Assembly (NCBI GenBank): GCA_036785375.1
Contig: JAWMAR010000006.1
Location: 6,696,001-6,760,000 of the forward strand
Length of the DNA stretch: 64,000 bases
Direction: 5' to 3'
Origin: Leucoraja ocellata
Lineage: Eukaryota
The position numbers were made by a program, and so were the translations under genes. The notes beneath the pieces were generated by a model. That model was not told where the DNA came from. It worked only from the letters and a program-made list of their open reading frames with translations, and searched no databases. Within the stretch, counting starts at the first letter, position 1. Each line of letters begins with the position of its first letter. Positions 13,825-26,774 of the stretch are shown here, piece by piece.

Positions 13825-16254
13825 AGAATTAATTAGTAGCTCTTTCCGACTACGAGTTTTATGCATGATGAGCTAAATGAGTGACAGATTAAAAAAAGAG
13901 GTTTTAAACACAAGTAGGACAAATTTTGACATGATAAGATAGCAATTCACCACAGGAAGCTAGGTTGAATAAATAGTGGAATAAACCGAATGGGTGAACC
14001 ACGCAATTAAAAGTATTCAAAGAAATATTCTGTGCAGTACAAAACCAGTACATACCTTAAAAAGGCATTAAACAAATGAAGGAAGGGCGGTATCCAGCTA
14101 AAAATATATTTACTAAAATGGAAGAAAGAACAAAATCCAGTGCATTAGAGATGCTATAAAAAGCCTTGGATGGACACAAATAAAATATTTAGAGGAAGAA
14201 AAGCGATAAGTTGCAAAACCACTGCAGCATGTTAAATTAACAGCAGAGCTTTTTAATAAATTATTAGCAAAATGGGGTAGATAACCGGAAAGGTTAGCAG
14301 AGGTGAAATTTTATTGAAAATAAAGAATGGACTGATATTAAAAAAATGTTTTGAATTCTGCTTCACATTAAGGAACAAACATAAAAATGCAGTTCTTATA
14401 TGAAAGTCAAAATGAATCAAGTGAAAAAACGAACTGAATGAAAAATGAAAAATATGGTATGGGCTTGCATAGTGACAGTCAAGAGACAAATGTCCAGGTG
14501 CTGATAATTTAGTCCCATGGTCATGACTTGGAAAAAGTAAACAAATTGCACACAGATTAATAATTTTCCAATGTTCTTTCATAGACATTCAATTTGAAAA
14601 TTTGCTACTGTTACTCCATTGGTCAAGGAAAAATAACTAGATAAACGCAGATATGTCAGTTGTAAGAAAGTCACCAACATAGATCAGCGGAGATAAATGT
14701 AAGTTAAGCAGAGAAGTTCAGCGTAGATGTAAATAAGCTCCTCTAAGCTTCCCCCCCCAGTCTAGTTCAGTCAATAAAATACTGATTCAAGCACTGTAAC
14801 AACTAAACTTTATTTTTGGATAGCACAAAAAATCACCCTATCTGATAACTAAACCAATCGCGGGTTCGATCCTTGTATCTGCCTGGCCAAGCCCTTCAGC
14901 CTCGTGCAAGCAGAAACGCTCCAAAAGGTCATGCAGTCCCAAGCGTTCTTCCAGAAGATCGACAAAGGACCTTGTGGGAGCTGCCTTTTATAGGTCCCCA
15001 AACCTTGAGGGGCCGAACTACAGAGGGGTAGTCTGTTTACAATCCAATCAAACATAACAACTTACAACAATAAATTATTGACATTTACACAGACCAATAA
15101 CAGAATCTCCCTAACATTGTTGCAGGAGAGGCTTCCAGAAGAAGCTAACAGAGCTTAAATAATGCAACATTCACCCTGGAATCCAAACAGAGGCTTAACA
15201 CTTTAACCAATCAACACACAGCAGGGTAATTGTCTAGCAACATTATTTACAATATGCACACTTTGTTTGCATTGATCCAATTAACTTCATGCATTTTACA
15301 TTTCCTTGGATGTCCTCTGCAGAAATCCCATCCATCTGTCAATTGAATATGCAACACTGATCCGGACCCTAGACTTACTGGCACAATTCTGAAGCTTGTC
15401 TTATATCTGCAGAGCACACCAGACTTGACCAAAATGGCCTAGCAATACATGAGTCCTTACTAAATTTTGGGTACTATGGCTGCTTGGTGCAAATAAGTTC
15501 AAACAAATGCCTCAAAACTCATTGGCCGGCGATTCATTCTACAGCAAGACAATGATCCCAAACATACTGCTAAAGCAACAAAGGAGTTTTTCAAAGCTAA
15601 AAAATGGTAAATTCTTCAATGACCAAGTCAATCATCCGATCTGAACTCAATTGAGCATGCCTTTTATATGCTGAAGAGAAAACTGAAGGGGACAAGCCCT
15701 CAAAACAAGCATGAGCTAAAGATGGCTGCAATATAGGCCTGGCAGAGCATCACCAGAGAAGACACCTGGCAACTGGTGATGCTCATGAATCGCAGACTTC
15801 AAGCAATCATTGCATGCAAAGGATATGCAACAAAATACTAAACATGACTACTTTCATTGACATGACATTGCTGCGTCCCAAACATTATCAGGGCTGCCAA
15901 CTCTCACGCTTTGAGCGTGAGACTCACGCCCTCAAGCAAACTCTCACGCCCTCACGCTCATCAGAAATTTCTCACTCTCAGTGGTGAGAAATTTTGTGAT
16001 CAACGAAAATTTCAAAACTCGGATGGTCCGCGGGTGTTGGAGAGCCGGAGCTGCGGGAGGTATGGGAGCAGAACCAGCGGCGGGAACAGATGCGGGGAGC
16101 CGGGTCTTTCGAGTGTTTGCGGCGCTGTGAGTCGCTCGCTGCAGCTCTGGTCATGGAGCACTCCGGACAGTGCGAGTGTCCCGGGCCGCGGAGCCTTCGG
16201 AAGCGTTGTGTCGCTGCCGCAAGAGTCTCTGTGCCGAAGGGACAGACTCTCAAA

Positions 16255-17160
16255 GGGAGATGGAGAGAGAGGGGAAGGAGACAGCAAGACAGGGGGGAGA
16301 GAGAGAGGGGGGTGAGAGGAGAGAGAGGGGAGAGACAGGGGGGGGGGGGTTAATGGAGAGAGAGAAGAGGGAGAGGGGGGGAGAGAGAAGTAGGAGAGAC
16401 AGAGGGGGGAGAGTGAGGTGGGAGAGGGGGGAAGAGAGAGAGGGGTGAGAGGGAAGAAAGAGGGAAGAGAGAGGGGGTGGAGAGGGAGGAGAGGGTAGGA
16501 GAGAATGGGAGAGAGAGGGGGAAGAGAGAGGGGTGGTAAAAGAGAGAGGGAGAGAGGGGGAAAGAGAGAGAGATGGAGGGGCAAAGAGAAAGAGGAGATA
16601 GAGAGGAGAAAAAGAGAGGGGAGAAAGAGCCAGGGGGGAGTGAGGTGAGAGGGAGAAATGAGGGAGAGAGGAGAGAGATGGGAGAGGGAGAGGGGGAAGA
16701 GAGAGAGGAGAGACCGAGAGATAGGGGAGAATGTGTGGAGAGGGAGAGGGAGGGAGAGAGAGGGGGAGATAGGGAGAGAGAAAGAGAGAGAGGGGGAGAG
16801 AGGGAGAAGCGAGGGGGAGAGAGAGAGGGGGAAAGAGAGAGGGGAAAGAGAGGGGAGAGAGGGTTAGGGGAAAGAGAGGGGAGAGAGAGGGGAGAGAGAG
16901 AGGATAGGGGAGGGAGAGAGGGAGAGAGAGGAGAGAGAGGGGAAGAGAGGAGAGGAGGGAGAGAGAGGGGGGAAGAGAAGGGAGAGGGAAGAGCAGAGAG
17001 TGAGAGGGGAGACAGGGGAGAGAGAGGGGGGAGAGGAGAGACAGAGAGGGAGAGAGGAGAGAGAGAGGGGAAAGATAGGGGGAGGGGAGAGATAGAGGGG
17101 GAGAGAGAGGGGGGTTGAGAGAAGAGAGAGCGGAAGAGAGGGGGGAGAGAGAGAGAGAGT
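16255..17160. repeat. Polypurine (GA-rich) low-complexity tract
   Basis: About 900 bp consisting almost entirely of G and A. Confidence 0.97.
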
Positions 17161-17344
17161 CTCTGTGCCGAATTTGCCCAGGTGACCGGCATGGATCAGG
17201 CTATGGCTCGGTGTATCCTGGAGGACAACCAGTGGCTGCTGGAAGTAAGTACCAAGCACAGGGTAGAAACGGTAGAAGATAGTGGACTTCAAATGGGGGT
17301 GGTTGGAGAAAGCATCCTGCTTGCCTGCTAGATTTTCACTTACT

Positions 17345-17690
17345 GTAACTGCAGGAAAAATGTTCCCGATGTTGGGGGCGTTCAGAACTATGGGTCACAG
17401 TTTAAGAGTAAAGGGGGGAACAGTTAGGACTGAGATGAGAACAAACTTTCTTCACGCAGAGAGTTGTGAATCTGTGGAATTCTCTGCCACAGAACGCAGT
17501 GCAGGCCAATTCACTGGATGTTTTCAAGAGAGAGTTACATTTAGTTATTGGGGCTAACGACATCAAGAGATATGGGGAAAAACAGGAAAGAGGTACTGAT
17601 TTTAGATGAATAGCCATGATCATATTGAATGGCAGTGTTGGCTAGAAGGGCCGATGGCCTGTTCCTGCACCTATTTTCTATGTTTCTATG
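17345..17690 (+). mobile_element. CR1 LINE 3' fragment
   Basis: Homologous to 22970-23303, with the same tail. Confidence 0.9.
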
Positions 17691-18779
17691 CTTGACTATA
17701 TGGCAATAAAACTCGATCACTTGATTTTGAAGCATTCATGCATGGTGGAGGTATAATGTAGTCAGAGTGATACAGTGTAAAAACAGGCCTTCGGCACAAC
17801 TTGCCCACACCCACCAACATGTCCCAGCTACGCTACCTGCTTTTGGTCCATACCTCCAAACCTGTCCTATCCATGTATCAGTCTTTTTTCTTAAATGTTG
17901 GGATGGTCCCTGCCTCAACTACCTCCTCTGGCAGCTTGTTCCATACACCCATCACCCTTTGTGTGGATAAAGTTACCCCTTAAAAAGTTACCTCTTAAAA
18001 ATACTTCATACAAAAAACATTGCAATCATACTTCTACAGTGCACTAAAACATGATTTTAATACATCAAATTTCAAAATGTTCCTACCCAGGGAGGGGGGA
18101 CACCCTTCTTCCACACCCTCTCCCCACTCGGTTGCTCCACTCCCTCACCGGGTACCCCCAAGGCCAGTGATCAGTGATCGCACAGCCTCCCCCCTTTCAA
18201 AAATGCTCCAATTTAAAGCATATATATTGTATTCAAGTGTAAGTTAAAAGACTCGCTACAGTATGCATCATATTCCACAATTTCAAGCTGAAAAATGCGA
18301 ATGTTCCGTACCAATGGGAGTTGTCCAACCTCCCCCCCCCCCCTCCCCGGCCGCTATGCTCCCTCGGGCTTGGTCTCTTGCAATTTCTCACTCCCAACTC
18401 TCACCCAATGTTGGCAGTCCTGCATTATGGTGCCCTGAAATGGAGGGATGAAACATGTTGTAATTTCTACATGGTGAAATCAAAATGTATTAAAATGGCC
18501 TTTATTAAAATCTGATAATGTGCACTTTAATCACGTGATTTGTTTCTATTACAAATCTCAAATTGTGAAGTACAGAGGCAAATAAATAAATGATGGGTCT
18601 TTGTCCCAAACATTATGGAGGTCATATTGTAACATAACGGAATTATTTCAGGGTGCAACTGCCTGTGATTTGGGCCATGGTGAGGGTTTGGGGGGTTGCT
18701 CAGTGGGGGCAGTGTTGGAATGGAAATGGAGGACATGAATATAGTTGGCATGGATATATAGATATATTTTAAATAGACT

Positions 18780-19367
18780 TCAAGAAAATAAAAGTAAAAA
18801 TTTCGCACAAGAGATTACGTTGTTTTGCCCCCCCCCCGGTATAGTTTTGGTTACTCTGCTATAGGAAGGATTCGTTAAGTTAGGAAGAGTGCAGGATTTA
18901 CAAGGACTTGATGAGCCTTCATGTCCGAGACACTACATCTTGAAGATATTAGACTTGTCTTGGCAGAAAAACCAGATCATTTTTCGAAGACATGGATACC
19001 ATTCCTTGATTTATTACAAGGATAGTACGGTACAACACAACTTTGGATTTAAATGTAATTACGGGTTGGGTGAGGTGGGTGGGGCAGGTATATCACCACT
19101 TTTTTCTTTCTTTCTCTTTTTGTCCTTTTTTCTATTCCTCTCTTCTTTCTTTCATTTATTCACACTTTGGCTACTCCACTTTGGTAGTCTAGGGGTTCTA
19201 TCTTTGCACATCTCTTTTTCTCTTTCTTGCTTTTTCTTCTTTCTTTTCTTCCAACTATAGCTAAAAGTTAAAATTGAAGCTGTACAATAACTGTATTATT
19301 TTATGCCGTTGGTTCTATTTTTGTACATTTGCTTCTAATAAATAAAAATATAAATTAAAAAAAAAAG
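18780..19367 (+). mobile_element. Probable L1/Tx1-like 3' fragment with poly(A)
   Basis: Pyrimidine-rich 3' UTR, AATAAA and an A-tail at ~19336-19367; family assignment is tentative. Confidence 0.4.
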
Positions 19368-21467
19368 GTTTGGCAGTGACCACATCAACACTCGCAGCAG
19401 GGTGATCTCATGATGATCTAATTTATTTACAGTGGTAAGTAAGTCCTGGGCTGCATGGGGGCACTGTTCCTCACCGTCAGGGCGCATGTGTGGTGGCGCT
19501 TGAAATTTTGGACTTGTCCCGCAGCTCAGTCCGGGTTTCGAAGGAGTGGGCATGTTAATCTCAGGCTTCCACCTGTAGTTCACCCTTCCCTCAAGATCAT
19601 TGTCAGTGTTCCCCAGCCATGTTGAAATCATTCCCCGACTTTGGGAGATCAGAACTGGTTCTTGATGTGGACCTTCTGTTGGTAAAGCCGACTTTGAGCT
19701 TTTAAAAGCCAGACTCGCATCAACGGTCTGAGTTAAATATTTCCTGAGCAACCATGGTACGCTACACTACGTGTTAGGAACTCTCTTCAGTAATTCCCAA
19801 AACGTTGCCTTATTCACTCTCTATTAGTGACCCACAATATGGTGTGGGTAAACTGGTAAATTTGGTCAAGGAAATGTAAGAAAGGCATAAATAATGCTAT
19901 CAAATGATAGGGAGGTGAGACTACCAAAGTTATATTATCATCAGACCAGTGATATGCAGAGATGTAAAGTCCACTTTGACAATACATCCCGGGATTCCCT
20001 GCTACATGAGAGCCGGAAGTGGTTCAATGCTTTAATGAGTGGGCGGGTAACTGTATTGGCAACAATGTAAGAATGGGCTGCAGCAACTAAATTTTCAGAC
20101 TGCATCAAGCTGGCAGTAGGAGAATTTGCATTTCGTTGTCTCTGTACTGCACATGCATTTCGTTGTCTCTGTACTGTACACTGACAATGACAATTAAATT
20201 GAATCTGAATCTGAATCTGAATGCTGGCAAAGGTCAGATAATATGGAGGCCTGGCTGGTGGGTAAAAAAGCTGTCTGAACAAGGGCAGTTGGGATGCATC
20301 CTGTGCAAAAGCAAGAATGACGCCCTTCAGCGCCAAAAATAAATCCATGTTCTCTGATTTTATCATCAAAAACCTGGGGATAAGAGTGAAATGACATCAG
20401 AATTGCTTACTCTATTTAATGTTATGGAAGTGGGGTTCATCATTTACGAGCCCTTACTTGCTGTAAGACGTGTTGGTAAGAGTATCTTCTGTCAGATATT
20501 CTTAACTCTGGAGCTGTACTAATCCTGTTGCTTATTTGTGCAGGCTGAAAATGTTACTTATTAATTTCCTGGTTTCATGATTGCAGGTGCCTCGAAGAAC
20601 TTCTTCCTCAATCCAGCACAGGGTTGCACATACTGTGCTGCTGCCCAGTGGCTCTCTATTGAAACTGCAGGCAAACCTATTATAAATATTAAAGATCACG
20701 CAAAACTGCAGAAATGTATTAAAAAAAGGTCAAGGCCAAATAATTATTCCTTGATAAATGTTAATGTCCCACAGCAAGGACAATTCTATTCATACATTCT
20801 GACAATCCTTTGAGTTTTTTTAATAGCATTATAAACCGCAAATTTTGAAGTCCAATATTTGAGTTAAATTACTGGCCTTCAATTTTGAGCAGAAATAGAT
20901 AATACATTAAATTCTGATTCAAGAGTGTGGATGCGTATTTCTCCAATCCACCCCAGGGTAAATGGAGGTTGAGTTTCAGGCCTGGGGAACGATAGAAGGT
21001 TGGAGGCTGTGGAAGGGAGATCGCCAGAGGCAGTGAGATTAGAAATAGCTTGACAGATGATGGCCTGGTGTTCGTCTGTAGGGTCATTGTCAAGGGTTAA
21101 GTATGAGGAGGTGTCCGAGAGTTAGTGCCTGGCCTCAGCACAGTAGAAATCAGCCCACCAGACTACAAGACCATATAAGTCAGCCTGACGGACTACAATT
21201 TTCAGTGGGAGGCTGCAATACATTCTTACTGTATCTTACTACTAACCTTCGTGCCTTTTCTGCATGCCATGAAATTCATTCATACCAGCTATAGATGTAC
21301 TGGTTAAATTATCAGTGGGAGTACAGAGAACATTCCAGACAACTGAGTAAATAATACCACTGTGGCATCTCTGCAATTTAAATTCAATTAAGAATTTCAA
21401 ATAAACAATGATTAGTTTTTGGGGTGGTATCGTGACATAGCTGGCAGGGGGTTCTTCCTTACAGCTC

Positions 21468-23303
21468 CAGTACGAGGGGAAGCTGGCCAGGAATATAAAG
21501 AAGGACAGTAAAAGCTTCTTTAGATATGTTAAGGGGAAAAGAGTAGCAAAGTCAAATGTGGGTCCCTTGAAGGCAGACATGGGTGAAATTATTATGGGTA
21601 ACAAGGAAATGGCAGAAGAGTTGAACAGGTACTTCGGATCTGTCTTCACTAAGGAAGACACAAACAATCTCCCAGATGTACTGGAGGACAAAGGGGGTAG
21701 AGGAACTGAAATAAATTTTCATTAGGCGAGAAATAGTATTGGGTAGGCTAATGGGACTGAAGGATGATAAATCCCCTGGGCCGGATGGTCTGCATCCCAG
21801 GGTCCTCAGGGAGGTGGCTCTAGAAATAGTGGACGCATTGGTGATCATTTTCCAATGTTCAATAGATTCAGGATCAGTTCCTGTGGATTGGAGGATAGCT
21901 AATGCTATCCCACTTTTCAAGAAAGGAGCGAGAGAGAAAACAGGGGAATTACAGATCAGTTAGCCTGACTTCGGTGGTGGGAATGATACTGGAGTCAATT
22001 ATTAAAGAGGTAATAATGGGGCATTTGGATAGCAGTAAAAGGATTAGTCCAAGTCAACATGGATTTATGAAAGGGCAATCATGCTTGACTAATCTTCTGG
22101 ATTTTTTTGAGGATGTGACAAGTAAAATGGACGAAGGGGAGCCAATGCATGTAGTGTATCTAGACTTTCAGAAAGCTTTTGATAAGGTCCCGCACGGGAG
22201 ACTGGTGACTAAAATTAGAGCACGTGGTATTGGGGGTAGGGCGTTGACATGGATAGAAAATTGGTTGGCAGACAGGAAGCAAAGAGTAGGAGTGAACAGG
22301 TCCTTTTCAGAATGGCAGGCAGTGGTGAGTGGAGTGCCGCAAGGCTCGGTGTTGGGGCCGCAATTGTTTATCATGTATATTAATTATTTGGAAGAAGGAA
22401 TTAGGAGCAACACTAGCAAATTTGCAGATGACACAAAGCTGGGTGGCAGTGTGAACAGTGAGGAGGATGTTAGGAGGTTGCAGGGTGACCTGGACAGGTT
22501 GAGTGAGTGGGCAGATGCAGTATAATATAGATAAATGTGAGGCGGCAAAAAACAAGGGTGCAGATTATTATCTCAATGGGGTTAGGTTAGATAAGGGGGA
22601 CCTGGGTGTCATTGTACACCAGTTACTGAAAGTTGGCGTGCAGGTACAGCAGGCAATGAAGAAAGCTAATGGATGTTGGTCTTCATAACAACAGGATTTC
22701 AGTATAGGAGTAAAGAGGTTCTTCTGCAGTTGTATCTCTGGTAAGACCACATCTGGAGTATTGTGTACAGTTTTGGTCTCCAAATTTGAGGAAGGACATC
22801 CTTGTGATTGAGGCAGTGCAGCGTAGGTTCACGAGATTGATCCCTGGGATGGCAGGACTGTCATGTGGGCAAAGATTGAAAAGACTAGGCTTGTATTCAC
22901 TGGCGTTTAGAAGGATGAGGGGGATTCTTATAGAAACATATACAATTATAAAAGGACTGGACAAGCTGGATGCAGGAAAATGTTCCCAATGTTGGGCGAG
23001 TCCAGAACCAGGGGCCACAGTCTAAGAATAGTGGGGAGGTCGTTTAAGACTGAGAAAAAAGTTTTCACCCAGAGTTGTGAATTTGTGGAAATCCCTGCCA
23101 CAGAGGGCAGTGGAGGCCAAATCACTGGATGGATTTAAGAGAGAGTTAGTTAGAGCTCCAGGGGCTAGTGGAATCAAGGGATATGGGGAGAAGGCAGTCA
23201 CGGGTTATTAATCGGGGACGATCAGCCATGATCACAATGAATGGCGGTGCTGGCTCGAAGGGCCGAATGGTCTCCTCCTGCACCTATTTTCTATGTTTCT
23301 ATG
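21468..23303 (+). mobile_element. 5'-truncated CR1-clade LINE (RT ORF2 remnant with frameshifts)
   Basis: KSPGPDGLHPRVLRE, NYRSVSLTSV, YLDFQKAFDKVPH, GVPQGSVLGP, KFADDTKL motifs; 3' tail (TTCTATGT)n. Ends about 320 bp upstream of the rpl37 start. Confidence 0.96.
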
Positions 23304-23579
23304 TTAAGAGATCAATGTCAGGATTGTCCCCCTTGGTGGCAAAGCAGTACATGGACTCTCTCTCTCCTTGTTTTGGAAGCAGGCGAGGTGAGGGGGCTTT
23401 ACGAAGTTCGCTCTCTCCAGTTCCGTATTTCAACTAAGAAAAAATGTTCTGCAGGTTTACAAACTTGCTATTATATTTCCACTCGCAGGCAGGCCCGCGT
23501 ATGTTTTCTTGAGGTCGGAACTATTAGTTGCCATCAGTTGTTCAGCAACAGATTTGAAGGTGGGACTAGGGTCAGCAAC

Positions 23580-23651
23580 AAATCGCTTCCGATATCAGAG
23601 TATAAGTAGTTGCCGGAGGCTTATTTCCGGTCTTTCGAGCGCGCTGTGAAA
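23580..23651 (+). promoter_or_regulatory. rpl37 core promoter and 5' TOP-type start
   Basis: TTTCCGGTCTTTC pyrimidine start tract at ~23624-23636, preceded by ETS-like CTTCCG/CCGGA motifs and TATAAG; typical of ribosomal protein genes. Confidence 0.65.
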
Positions 23652-23654
23652 ATG
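23652..23654 (+). CDS. rpl37: 60S ribosomal protein L37, exon 1 (ATG only)
   Basis: ATG|GTGAGT donor directly after a short pyrimidine-rich leader, in a CpG island. Supplies the missing Met for exon 2. Confidence 0.9.
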
Positions 23655-25226
23655 GTGAGTGAGGCGCGGAGTTGGCGGCGCGCCGGGCAATCTGCGTCCA
23701 TCCTCACCCCGCCGGTCCACGGCCACGAACTGCTGCTCTCCATCAGCTCTCCACACGTTCGGGCTGATTTATAGCGCCGATATTGTGGGGTGGGGGCGGA
23801 TGGATCCCAGTGATACCCGGGAGTGAGATGTAGGCCCCGGAGCCCCGGGCTCTGCTCTGCTCTCCTCTGCTCCACACCTGTGGCTGGCGCTCGGTTCGGT
23901 CCAAGCCTCCTGTACCTTAAGCTCTTAACACCCACTGCACCATGCCCCGTGGTGCTTTCGCACGAATAAATACCATGGATGTATCGGGGAGAATAATGCG
24001 GGACACTGTCAGCAGAATCTTTAAATGTAGGGATTGTTGGTCAAACCGCCATCCTTGCATATTCTTCCTGCCTTCCTAGCCACAATTTAGCTTAACGCTA
24101 CTTGCATTTTTTGAGAACGATAAAGATTTATGTTTCTCAGTTTCAACAGATTTTTGATTAAAGGAAAGTTTGCAAATGCTCAGAAATAAAATTAGAAAAT
24201 GCTGTATATGTATAGCACCTTGGTCAGTGGAGAAAGAAACGATATTTAATCTGTCAATATTGATTCTGAGGCATTAGCTCAGTTTCTGCAGTGATGCTGG
24301 ATCTTTGTAATAATTCCAATGTTTTCTTATTCTTTGAACTGGTTATAGTATAAAGGATTATGACAAACTATTCTGGGGATGGTTTGGTTAGGAGGATCAA
24401 TAATGACTTGGAATATAAATGGTATTGTTAAGTTAGCACCAAACAAGATGATTTGATTAAATATTTAAATATATTATTTCAGAGGCGAGATACCCAGTAA
24501 AACCCACACGGTCACAGGGAGAACCTGCAAACTCCACACAGACAATACCCAAGGTCAGGATCGAACCTAGGTCTCTGGTGCTGTGAGGGTGCACCTATAC
24601 TAGCTGCCCTATCTTGATACACATCATGTATAAATGGGGTCCTGGAGACATCTCATTTGCCACAGGCTACCAAAGTGGAAAATATAGGGTTGAGTTGGAT
24701 GACCGATCCACATTCTGTCCCTTCCAAGACTGATCAATGTGATAGTTGTATCTAATAGTACTGCATTAGTTGATACCGCAGAGGTTAGTTAACTCAGCAC
24801 AATTTTAAAAAGATGAAGTTACATTTGGTATGACACAGGGTGAGCAGGTCTTGTGAGCCAGAAAATCAGTCTATTTAAAGCAGTTTTAGAGTTCTCTGCA
24901 TAGCAAGTACTGAATATGGCATTAAAGCAGGAGCCTTCTGCTTTCCTGTTGAAGATTCCGCATTTTGGTCACATTAGGTAGCTAGTAAATGACAGCTAAA
25001 TGAAAACACCTTTTGTGGTTAGTTGGGAACAGCTTGGAAATATTGTTGGAAAACTGGCTTGAACTGAGAAAAGTGCTTTTTTTTTATACCCAACCAAATC
25101 TGTTAATCTTGGAGCACAGGTATGTTAACCAAAGAACCATCTCTTACATTGGGTGACTCAAGTGCTAATTTTAAAACCTAATGTCTACATGCTTTTTTCA
25201 TTGTCATTATTATAATTCTATTTTAG

Positions 25227-25385
<159 letters not shown>

Positions 25386-25687
25386 TAGCTTCTCTTCTGT
25401 GTCCTCTGAGGTCAACTTGTTTGCTGATATATTGGCAAGGTTTTGATTCTGATGATTGATGTTTTAGATGAAGCTTTGTCAGTTAACACATTTGAATACT
25501 GATAATAATTTGTGACTGCAGAAAAGGTGAGAATGATTGTTTATAACTTACATGAGACATTCTGAATGGTACAATGTTTAATATTATTGCTTATATACAT
25601 GTAGCATTGAGAGGTAATTTCATTTGACTTATCAAATCCATGCTGGTAATTTTCGCCAAATAACTTACCATTAAGTCCATGAGATAC

Positions 25688-26305
25688 AAGGAACTACAGA
25701 TGCTAGTTTACAAAAGGCGCAAAGTGCGGGAGTAACTTGGCGGGACAGGCAGAATTTCATGGCAACATGGATAGGTGATGTTTCAGGTCGGGGCCCTTCT
25801 TCAGGCCCTACAGTGAGTTGGGAAGAAGCTGCAACAACAGTAGCAGTAACACCTGACCCTATACCTCCTCCTTCATCCATCCACAAGCCAGCAGTCCTTC
25901 TGGGTGAGACAGATTTCTGTGCACCTTCTATAACCTCGATTTGGCTGTTTTATCGTCGGCGAGATCAGGCGTAAACTCGGCATCCGTTTCCCCGAATCTT
26001 TTTCTGCTCTGTCCGCCAAAGCCTGCTGGATCGCTTGGTTACTAACCATTTCAATTCCCTTTCCTATACTAACCTTTCTGTCCTCGGCCTACATCATTAC
26101 TAGACTGATGCCACATGCAAACTGGAGGAACAGCACCTCGTATTCTTCTTAGGAAGCTTACAATTCACCACTATGAACATTGAATACTACATTTTTGTGT
26201 AACTTCCCTAGAAACAACTTTTTTTTCCTCCAGGGATGCTGCCGGACACGCTGAGTTACTCCAACACTGCCCTTTTTTTGTAAACCGGCATCTGCAGTTC
26301 CTTGT
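25688..26305 (+). mobile_element. Penelope-like element remnant (GIY-YIG region) flanked by oppositely oriented terminal modules
   Basis: 25960-26190 reads GEIRRKLGIRFPE...VTNHFNS...SVLGLHH...CKLEEQHLVFFLGSLQ...MNIE, resembling the Penelope endonuclease C-terminus. Flanked by the hammerhead-bearing repeat module. Confidence 0.75.
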
Positions 26306-26439
26306 CTCTGCCACCTATTGATCTTTTGATTACTAAGTATTGAGTGAAGTGAGCTCAAAGATGGTAAAAGTCAGCATAGTCAATCAAGTCTGTTGCACTG
26401 CTTTTTATTCAGCATTTTGTTTGGACATTTATTGCTTAA

Positions 26440-26562
<123 letters not shown>

Positions 26563-26713
26563 TAAGATGAAGGAAAATTGGTTGTGTTGATAGTGTAACG
26601 TGGGTTATGTCATGGTATCATTAGCATTTACTTAACAGTGCAAGATTAAATTTTCCAAATGGGAGAAAACATCAGTGGCTTATGTTTTTACTTGAGGTAG
26701 TGGACAAAATATG

Positions 26714-26774
26714 AATCTACAATGATGAGGTAGCATGCACCAAATTGTTGAGTGAAATGTTGTGAATGTAGATT
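26714..26774 (+). ncRNA. Candidate intronic box C/D snoRNA (imperfect D box)
   Basis: 8-bp terminal stem AATCTACA/TGTAGATT, C box ATGATGA (26722-26728), D'-like TTGA (26748-26751), D-like GTGA (26762-26765), in an intron of a ribosomal protein gene. Confidence 0.3.

Larger units (their letters stand above)
15889..18422. mobile_element. Non-autonomous TIR DNA transposon (hAT-like) with 6-bp TSD
   Basis: Ends CAGGGCTGCCAAC...GTTGGCAGTCCTG; CATTAT duplicated at 15883-15888 and 18423-18428. Confidence 0.85.
15480..18630 (+). mobile_element. Tc1-family transposon remnant (transposase C-terminus and right end), interrupted by a nested element
   Basis: 15490-15841 reads RFILQQDNDPKHTAKATKEFF...PSQSSDLNSIEH...RRLQAIIACKGYATKY* with internal stops. 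Direct repeat GTCCCAAACATTAT(GG) at ~15875 and ~18603. Confidence 0.9.

Noticed and set aside
16012-17292. Long Pro/Leu/Ser-rich and Glu/Arg/Gly-rich ORFs (up to 280 aa)
   Set aside because: Artefacts of the GA low-complexity tract; the same applies to 38956-39471.
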